From positions 1 to 44,452 of IMG/VR virus record IMGVR_UViG_3300027688_000007: a stretch of DNA of 44,452 bases; one strand, given 5' to 3'. Positions 37,956 through 44,452 of the stretch are shown here, piece by piece. This DNA is from a virus. Taxonomy: Duplodnaviria; Caudoviricetes. Positions within the stretch are counted from its first letter, which is position 1, and each line of letters begins with the position of its first letter. A program made the translations under genes and the position numbers. Under the pieces are notes generated by a model. It was given only the letters and a program-made list of their open reading frames with translations. It did no database searches and was not told the origin of the DNA.

Positions 37956-38370
37956 TCCGGGACAGTCAGGCGGCATCAGCATACTAGATGACCATAGAAA
38001 AGTCATCAGTGTGTGTAAGCTATCCGAGACTGAACACGACATATGGACTTGGTTGAATGACACTACTGATATCTTATCAGCAGTGGCTACTATCGAACAG
38101 GTCCATTCAATGCCCAAACAAGGGGTAACTAGTTCATTCACCTTCGGAAAGAACTACGGATTCCTCATTGGGTTACTAACTGCGTCACAGATACCATTTA
38201 AGTTTGTAACACCTCAGAAGTGGCAATCAGGAATGAAATGCCTAACTAAGGGCGACAAGAACGTATCTAAAGCTGCAGCACAAAGACTCTGGCCTACTAT
38301 CAAAATCACTCACGCTAATGCAGACTCACTGCTAATAGCAGAATATGGAAGACAAGCTCTATGGTTGTAA
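37936..38370 (+). CDS. RuvC-like Holliday junction resolvase
   Basis: LGIDPG, TIEQV, FTFGKNYG, TPQKW, ADSLLIA. Confidence 0.85.
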   Translation: MQYLGIDPGQSGGISILDDHRKVISVCKLSETEHDIWTWLNDTTDILSAVATIEQVHSMPKQGVTSSFTFGKNYGFLIGLLTASQIPFKFVTPQKWQSGMKCLTKGDKNVSKAAAQRLWPTIKITHANADSLLIAEYGRQALWL

Positions 38371-39344
38371 AGACTATATGGAATCCTGCTGAGAAAGGAC
38401 TATCAGTATCGGCACTATCACTCTTCTGGGTTAACCCTGTAGCATTCGAACTCAAGTACTTCCAAGGACTAGAACCAGTCATCCCTTGGAATAAAGATAT
38501 GGGGTACGGATCACTCATAGGTGCTGGTATAGAAGGATGGATAAAGACCAGAACCGATCAAGGGATGGCAGACTGTATCGATGCTCAGTACAAGAGAGAG
38601 ATTGCTAAACACGATGAATGGGATGACATCGGTTGGTGGACAGAACTAGCCTACGCTCAGACTAGACTATTCATCTCAATCTACAGCAAGCACTTTGATG
38701 ACTACGATATCACTCGTGCTGAAGAAAGAATTAAGACTACAGTTACATTACCGTCAGGCAGAGATATAACCCTAGCAGGTTACCTTGACGGTAGCGGTGA
38801 CGACAATGTCTTTGAACATAAGTGCAGATCTGACTGGAATACAGAAAAGATCGCATCTGAGATAGATATGGATCTTCAGTTCAACTTCTACTTGTTATTG
38901 TACTACCATAAGTACGGTAAGCTACCTGATATCTTGTGGTATCAACACTCACGTAGACCTAGCGGCTTTGCATACCGTGGACCTAAGAAGAGGGATACTG
39001 AGACTAAAGACACATTCCTAAAGCGTACTATTACTTACGTCGTAGAGAATGCTGATAGTCACTTCTACCAGTTCATTGCTAGACCTAACATGGAGAGGTT
39101 TCAAAGATTCCTTTGCGTATGCCTGTACCCTAAGCTAGATCAGTTCCTGGACTGGTACGATTACATGGTAGGCGAAGATACTTATCGACTAGAGTACAAT
39201 GGTATCAGACAACCTCAGTACAACTCTCTACACATGATGACACCTTACGGACTGTTTAACCCTTACGTAGAAGGAAGAGACGAATCATTTAGGAACTATG
39301 CAATGACAGGTTCAACACTCGGATTAAGAAAGACAAAGAGATGA
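38361..39344 (+). CDS. PD-(D/E)XK exonuclease (RecB/Cas4-like)
   Basis: LSVSAL, GYLDG, EHK, QFNFY. Confidence 0.7.
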   Translation: MVVKTIWNPAEKGLSVSALSLFWVNPVAFELKYFQGLEPVIPWNKDMGYGSLIGAGIEGWIKTRTDQGMADCIDAQYKREIAKHDEWDDIGWWTELAYAQTRLFISIYSKHFDDYDITRAEERIKTTVTLPSGRDITLAGYLDGSGDDNVFEHKCRSDWNTEKIASEIDMDLQFNFYLLLYYHKYGKLPDILWYQHSRRPSGFAYRGPKKRDTETKDTFLKRTITYVVENADSHFYQFIARPNMERFQRFLCVCLYPKLDQFLDWYDYMVGEDTYRLEYNGIRQPQYNSLHMMTPYGLFNPYVEGRDESFRNYAMTGSTLGLRKTKR

Positions 39345-40240
39345 AGAAAAGACCATCACAACCTACAGCAACTCATATCATTCCTCAGAAGTTACCACCA
39401 AAGTCATCACCATTCAAGTTTGCTAATACTAGCATACCCGACACTGGTAAGTTTATTATGATGTTTGGCGAGCCGGGAGAAGGTAAGACTACACTAGCAG
39501 CACAGTTTCCTGCACCTATCTTTATCATCACTCACGGAGAGACTGGTATTGACTCAGCTAAGAATGCTGGTGTAGCTGATCAAGACATTCCAGTAGTACG
39601 ACTGGAAGAACTATACAACACCGACGACATACCTGATGGCGTTGGTCATCCAGCATACAACAAGTGTATTGAAACACTTAAAGCAGTTGCTGCTGGTGGG
39701 CATGATCGTCGTACAGTTGTAATCGATACGCTATCGGGATTTGAAAAGATCAACGAACAGCACTGTGCTAGTGTGGAATTTAAGGGCGATATGAAAGGAC
39801 GCTCACAGGACGAATGGAACGCATGGGCTTCAGGACCACGCAGAGCAGAGGCATATTGGAGTAGTGAGTTCATTCCAGCATGTCTATCGTGTATTGAAGT
39901 TGGATACAATGTGGTACTGCTCGCACACTGTAAGACAGTAACTATCAAGAACCCTAATGGTCCTGACTATCAGAAATACCAACCTGATCTGGCTGACCGT
40001 ATCTTAAACTCTACTTCTAAGTCATTGCAGTACCTACTGTACCTTGGCAAGCAACCAGAATTTGAGACAGACAAGGCAACTAAAAAGAGAACAGTAAAGA
40101 GCAATGAACGATTCATTGGACTAACCAATGAGACTTGGTACAGTGCTAAGAACTGGGATAACCTACAAGACCCTGTCTTTTGTGGAATGTCTGCAAAAGA
40201 GACATACAATAACTTAATCACTCAAGTAAAGATTAAATAA
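39341..40240 (+). CDS. Sak4-like/AAA_24 ATPase
   Basis: GEPGEGKTT, VVIDT, LLAH, AKN. Confidence 0.8.
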   Translation: MKKRPSQPTATHIIPQKLPPKSSPFKFANTSIPDTGKFIMMFGEPGEGKTTLAAQFPAPIFIITHGETGIDSAKNAGVADQDIPVVRLEELYNTDDIPDGVGHPAYNKCIETLKAVAAGGHDRRTVVIDTLSGFEKINEQHCASVEFKGDMKGRSQDEWNAWASGPRRAEAYWSSEFIPACLSCIEVGYNVVLLAHCKTVTIKNPNGPDYQKYQPDLADRILNSTSKSLQYLLYLGKQPEFETDKATKKRTVKSNERFIGLTNETWYSAKNWDNLQDPVFCGMSAKETYNNLITQVKIK

Positions 40241-40641
40241 TGGCATCATTTGAAGACATGACAGTAGATGTTAGAGTCACACCATCAGTAGAGCTAGACC
40301 ACATGATGATGGTAGCTGCCCTACTCAAGCCGGGACAAGAAGTACTAGACTCGCTAACACCAATTAAATGTGACATCTGTCACGCAGCAGTTGGTGTTAG
40401 TGGCGAAGCAGGGGAGTTACTCGATGCAGTCAAGAAGTTTATATTCTACGACAAACTAATTGACGTTATCAATGTAATTGAAGAGTTAGGAGATCTTGAG
40501 TTCTACATGGAAGCTCTAAGATCTAAACTAGGTATCACTCGTGAAGAAACACTAAAACAGAATATGGAGAAACTTGCAGTAAGATATAAAAATTTAGAGT
40601 ACTCAGATAAAGCTGCAGTAGAACGAGCAGATAAGGCTTAG
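40240..40641 (+). CDS. MazG-like NTP pyrophosphohydrolase
   Basis: GEAGELLDAVKK, EELGDLEFY, NMEKLAVRY. Confidence 0.88.
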   Translation: MASFEDMTVDVRVTPSVELDHMMMVAALLKPGQEVLDSLTPIKCDICHAAVGVSGEAGELLDAVKKFIFYDKLIDVINVIEELGDLEFYMEALRSKLGITREETLKQNMEKLAVRYKNLEYSDKAAVERADKA

Positions 40642-40690
40642 TTGTTAGAGTCAATTGTCAATTTAATTTCATTTCAAAGGTAAGTTTATT

Positions 40691-41482
40691 ATGGCACCTC
40701 CTAAACCAGCAGCAAAACCTTCTAATGCTCCACCTACTGAATCAGTATTTGCAGCAATGAAGAAGCAGTCAGCACTAGCTAAGAACATGGCTAAGGCTAA
40801 GAAAGTTGTAGCAGTACGTGAGTTTGATGGACCAGACGGGGACTATACTTCTAACCTCTCACGTCTCAGCCACTACACTAAGGACGGATCACTCGGTGCA
40901 GTACTTGAGTTCCGATGTATCGATGACGGAGAGTATTGTGGTCAGAAGATGGTTATCTTCTACTCATTCAAGACTACTGATCGTGAGACAGTACAGGAAG
41001 TACAGAATCGATTCTTTGAGACTATCCAGCTACTTGGTGTAAGCACTGACGTAGAAGATGATTCTGAACTCGATAAGGCTATCGGCAGCATCATCTCTTC
41101 TAAGGACGCTATCACTCTACGTGTCAAGTCAGGCAAGAAGCCGGGAAGTAAGTTCATCAACGTAGTAGGCGTTGCTAATGCTGCAGAAGAGATTGAAGCA
41201 ACTGACTACGTCGAGGAAGGCACTGAAGAAGTAGAAGAAGTCGCTACTGAAGCACCAGAAGAAGTAGACGAATGGGAAGATGAAACTGCAGAAGAAGTAG
41301 AGGAAGAGGAAGAAGTAGAGGATACCAATGTTCCTTCAGCGTGGGTAGGGTACGCAATGCTCTACAAGGGCAAGGAAGTAGAAGTACTGTCTGCTAATGA
41401 TCCTGAGATGAAGTGTACTGTCAAGGACGGAACAAAGAAGATTATTGTTCCATTCTCAGCACTCTCACCACCAGCTAACTAG
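40691..41482 (+). CDS. Putative ssDNA-binding protein with an acidic linker
   Basis: PDGDY OB-like N-terminus, Glu-rich tract, context after a Sak4-like gene. Confidence 0.55.
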   Translation: MAPPKPAAKPSNAPPTESVFAAMKKQSALAKNMAKAKKVVAVREFDGPDGDYTSNLSRLSHYTKDGSLGAVLEFRCIDDGEYCGQKMVIFYSFKTTDRETVQEVQNRFFETIQLLGVSTDVEDDSELDKAIGSIISSKDAITLRVKSGKKPGSKFINVVGVANAAEEIEATDYVEEGTEEVEEVATEAPEEVDEWEDETAEEVEEEEEVEDTNVPSAWVGYAMLYKGKEVEVLSANDPEMKCTVKDGTKKIIVPFSALSPPAN

Positions 41483-41507
41483 TACTTGGATACACGGCAA
41501 TGTGTGT

Positions 41508-41583
41508 GGGGCTGTAGCTTAATGGTAAAGCGGTGAACTCATCAGAAAGTTCATTGAACTGGGTTCGAATCCTAGTGGTCCTA
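41508..41583 (+). tRNA. tRNA-like RNA (CAT at 34-36 if read canonically) with a 12-nt anticodon loop
   Basis: GGGGCTG-TA-GCTT-AATGGTA-AAGC-G-GTGAA-loop-TTCAT-TGAA-CTGGG-TTCGAAT-CCTAG-TGGTCCT. Confidence 0.7.
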
Positions 41584-41585
41584 AT

Positions 41586-41617
41586 AACCTACCAGATAAC
41601 TCACTGGTAGGTTTCTT
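41586..41617 (+). terminator. Hairpin after the tRNA-like gene
   Basis: AACCTACCAG/CTGGTAGGTT 10-bp stem followed by TCTT. Confidence 0.55.
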
Positions 41618-41632
41618 CATTAAGGAAAGATC

Positions 41633-43627
41633 ATGTACTCAATAGACACAGAAACAACAGGACTTTACTTCACTCATGGTTGCCAAACATATGCTATCGG
41701 TATCTACAATGGTGAAGACTTCTCAATGTTCTACAGAGGTATCAACCCTGAGACACGTAGACGCTATGTAAACTACGGAGAAGAAACCACAACAAACATA
41801 CACACTATGTTTGAGTCTAAAGATCTGATAGCAATTCACAACAGTGGATTCGATATCAAAGCTCTAGTAGAGGCAGGGGTATTCCACAAAGACGAACCCA
41901 CTAAACCAGAGTTCTGGAAGCGTATCGTTGACACCACTATCCTTAGTCATCTACACCACAACACTGATCCTAGAGGACTTAAAGAACTCACACCTCAGTA
42001 TCTTGACAGAGACTATCTATCCGAGACCGCACTGAATACACTAGTCAATAAGTGTAGAATGTTCGTGCGTAAGCGTAGACCAGAATGGCTACTGGCAGGA
42101 CCAGACACACCACAACTAAAACCTTCATCCTCTAGTCCTAAGTGGTGGAAGTCTGATATGTGGTTGCCTTACGAGGTAGCATCAGAGTTCACAAGGAAAG
42201 AAGTAGAAGACTACGGTATTGACTATGACCTGTGCGAGAGTTCAGTAGAGACTTACTTGAAAGACGACTGTGTCAATACATTCGATCTTGCTGAGTGTCT
42301 GATGCAGTCGGTAATAGAATCGTACGGTGAAGATGTAATGACGTATCTGGAAGTCAACAACCAGATTCTACATGTCATCTACAAGATGGAGATGCACGGC
42401 ATCAACATCCATCAGCAAGAACTGAAAGAGGCAATAGAAACCTGCACACAGTGGATCAAGAAGCTAACAGAGCATACAGAAAGAATAGCACGAGTTAAAG
42501 ACATCACCGACAGCAAGCTACGTAAGATCCTATTCGAGGACATGCGACTAGAAGTAGAGAAAGAAACTAAGTCAGGGCTAGGTAGCGTAGATGCTGCAAC
42601 ACTAATTAAGATTAAACGATCATTCAACCCTACAGATCCTAACACTCAGCAAGCCAATGAGTTCCTCACTAAGATGATGGCACTCAAGAAGTATGAGAAG
42701 AAGCTAGGCTACCTTACTAACTTTGACAACTCCAGAATAACCAGTACAGTACATCCTAGCTTCTTCATCGTGGGCACCGACACTCTTAGAATGTCTGCTA
42801 AGAACCCACCACTCCAAACTGTCAGCAAAGCTACTAACCCATTCGAGGATGAATTTGATGATATTACTGCACTGCTGGAGAAGTCACCACCGTTACGTAG
42901 TGTATTTGGTCCCGGTAGGGACCGATGGTGGCTTTGCAACGATTACTCACAGCTTCAATTGCGTATATTCGCTGTTGTCACTGACGAGACAGATATGGTT
43001 GAGGCATTCGCTAGAGGATGGGACGCTCATGACTACACTGCAAGAAAGATATTCGGGCTGAGTGACTTCGATACACCAACTAAGGGACAGAGGCGTATCG
43101 CTAAGAATGTCAACTTCGGCTTTATCTTTGGTGCATCTCCCAAGAAGATAGAGTCAACTGCAGGTATGGTTGGATTGTGGGACACTGTCTGTGCTATGTT
43201 CCCTAACGCACATGACTTCATTCAATACCAGAAAGAACTACTAAAGAATGGTGACCCTGTACGCACACTAGGAGGATACCCACTTGATGTTCCGATGAAA
43301 GAAGTTAAGTGGAAAGCAACACACGAGAAGGCGGCTCATGCGGCAGTCTGTTACATCGTCCAAGGCAGTGAGGGAGAGATTGTCAAACGTGCCATGCGTC
43401 TATGTGATGACTACCTAGCATCTAACTATCCAGCAGGGCATCTGTGCCTACAAGTACACGATGAGCTAGACTTCGATATGCCAGCTAAGTTCCCGAAGAA
43501 GCATGGTCTGAGACTAAAGCAACTGATGGAAGAAGCTGCACTCATCTACGGCGTGCTGGCTCCTGTTGAATGTGAGATAACTACTAGACGGTGGAATGAA
43601 ACTAAGGAGGTGAAACTTGTCATCTGA
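41633..43627 (+). CDS. polA: Family A DNA polymerase (3'-5' exonuclease plus polymerase)
   Basis: IDTETTG, HNSGFD, DYSQLQLR, AKNVNFGFIFG, VQGSEG, QVHDEL. Confidence 0.93.
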   Translation: MYSIDTETTGLYFTHGCQTYAIGIYNGEDFSMFYRGINPETRRRYVNYGEETTTNIHTMFESKDLIAIHNSGFDIKALVEAGVFHKDEPTKPEFWKRIVDTTILSHLHHNTDPRGLKELTPQYLDRDYLSETALNTLVNKCRMFVRKRRPEWLLAGPDTPQLKPSSSSPKWWKSDMWLPYEVASEFTRKEVEDYGIDYDLCESSVETYLKDDCVNTFDLAECLMQSVIESYGEDVMTYLEVNNQILHVIYKMEMHGINIHQQELKEAIETCTQWIKKLTEHTERIARVKDITDSKLRKILFEDMRLEVEKETKSGLGSVDAATLIKIKRSFNPTDPNTQQANEFLTKMMALKKYEKKLGYLTNFDNSRITSTVHPSFFIVGTDTLRMSAKNPPLQTVSKATNPFEDEFDDITALLEKSPPLRSVFGPGRDRWWLCNDYSQLQLRIFAVVTDETDMVEAFARGWDAHDYTARKIFGLSDFDTPTKGQRRIAKNVNFGFIFGASPKKIESTAGMVGLWDTVCAMFPNAHDFIQYQKELLKNGDPVRTLGGYPLDVPMKEVKWKATHEKAAHAAVCYIVQGSEGEIVKRAMRLCDDYLASNYPAGHLCLQVHDELDFDMPAKFPKKHGLRLKQLMEEAALIYGVLAPVECEITTRRWNETKEVKLVI

Positions 43628-43829
43628 CTTCATCAAGAACCTAAAAGAACTAGAGACTGCTATAGCTACGACTAAGCAAGAACCAGAAGTTGTAAAGGAG
43701 CAAGTAGTTACAGAGGAAAAAGTACCCAGTATCTATAGAGTTGTACTCGACACCTCTAGAGATCCAGATCCTTATGGCTACCACGGCATACCTTTATCAA
43801 CTCGTTTAGCATACATGGGGTGGCAGTAG
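43617..43829 (+). CDS. Small hypothetical protein
   Basis: AGGAGGTG RBS upstream; tightly packed. Confidence 0.55.
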   Translation: MSSDFIKNLKELETAIATTKQEPEVVKEQVVTEEKVPSIYRVVLDTSRDPDPYGYHGIPLSTRLAYMGWQ

Positions 43830-44054
43830 ATGTTTGATCTTATGGGGCAGACATTCGGAAGACTAACAGTTATAGAGTTTGCTGGTCACTTCCCACGTAA
43901 GACTGGTAAGGTACGTGCATGGCGATGTGTTTGTACCTGCACTACAAAGACAATAGTATCTACAGGTGACTTACGGCACGGACGTATACAAAGCTGTGGG
44001 TGTCTTAGATCAGACAACATATACCAAAGAAACATAAAGAAAGAAGGCAAGTAA
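43830..44054 (+). CDS. Stand-alone Cys-rich domain typical of phage HNH/AP2 endonuclease N-termini
   Basis: DLMGQTFGRLTV, WRCVC.C, SCGC. Confidence 0.65.
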   Translation: MFDLMGQTFGRLTVIEFAGHFPRKTGKVRAWRCVCTCTTKTIVSTGDLRHGRIQSCGCLRSDNIYQRNIKKEGK

Positions 44055-44055
44055 A

Positions 44056-44452
44056 TTGAAACTACTAGACCACCTACAAGTACCGTACAGTGGAGACAGT
44101 AACAACATAAAGACTGAGTGCCCATTCTGTGGATCTGATTCACTATCAGTAGACGCAGAAGCACCGCATCAGTTTCAATGTTTTAAGTGTCACGAGAAGG
44201 GCAATGCTTTCTCCTACCTCAGAAAGTGGTATGACAGCTTACCAAAACTAAGCAAGGCAGATGCTACTGAGCTATGTGGTATGAAGAAGGGGCTACTGCC
44301 AACAGTAATCAGACTAGCTGGAGTGCGATGTGCGTTAGGTTGTTACTGGATTCCAGTGTATAATCAAAAGAACCATTTGATGGCAGTCCACAAATATGTA
44401 CCTGAAACCAATATTATATATAGCAGCCCTAAGCCTACCAGTCTTACTATCC
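44056..44452 (+). CDS. Zn-finger primase (or primase-helicase), 5' part, truncated by the window
   Basis: My translation from TTG 44056 gives ...ECPFCGSDSLSV...FQCFKCHEKGN; follows polA. Confidence 0.7.
   Translation, partial: MKLLDHLQVPYSGDSNNIKTECPFCGSDSLSVDAEAPHQFQCFKCHEKGNAFSYLRKWYDSLPKLSKADATELCGMKKGLLPTVIRLAGVRCALGCYWIPVYNQKNHLMAVHKYVPETNIIYSSPKPTSLTI

Noticed and set aside
40240-43627. 2-aminoadenine (Z-genome) system
   Set aside because: MazG and PolA are present but no PurZ or DatZ is in the window; MazG alone is common in phages
1-44452. Stop-codon reassignment, suggested by abundant TAG strings and CTA/TCA triplets in the tRNA-like loops
   Set aside because: Core genes are full length in the standard code, and TAG, TGA and TAA all end genes at tight junctions

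Overview
The window is a large part of a tailed dsDNA phage genome with a siphovirus layout and an HK97-type head. No integrase or host genes are visible. From left to right it contains: orphan minus-strand genes; a repeat-rich non-coding region; a P27-type small terminase; a palindromic non-coding block; a holin-flanked cassette (secreted Pro-rich protein, papain-like cysteine protease, secreted thioredoxin) with no recognisable muralytic endolysin; a 1299-aa internally repeated fibre; large terminase, portal, ClpP-type protease, major capsid, neck and tail genes with a -1 frameshift chaperone and tape measure; a Cys/Ser-rich tail-end protein followed by seven glycosyl-, phospho- or methyltransferase genes; an HNH-AP2 endonuclease; and a divergent replication/recombination module (UvrD-like helicase, ParB-like protein, RuvC, PD-(D/E)XK nuclease, Sak4-like ATPase, MazG, SSB-like protein, PolA, primase). 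The best leads are (1) a possible protease-plus-disulfide-reductase lysis system, (2) a possible virion glycosylation system with its own Ser-rich acceptor, (3) two tRNA-shaped RNAs with enlarged anticodon loops, and (4) a PolA with changes at the steric-gate Glu and the O-helix Tyr. A Planctomycetota/PVC host is my inference from gene style only. All calls are by-eye motif recognition; no database search was run.
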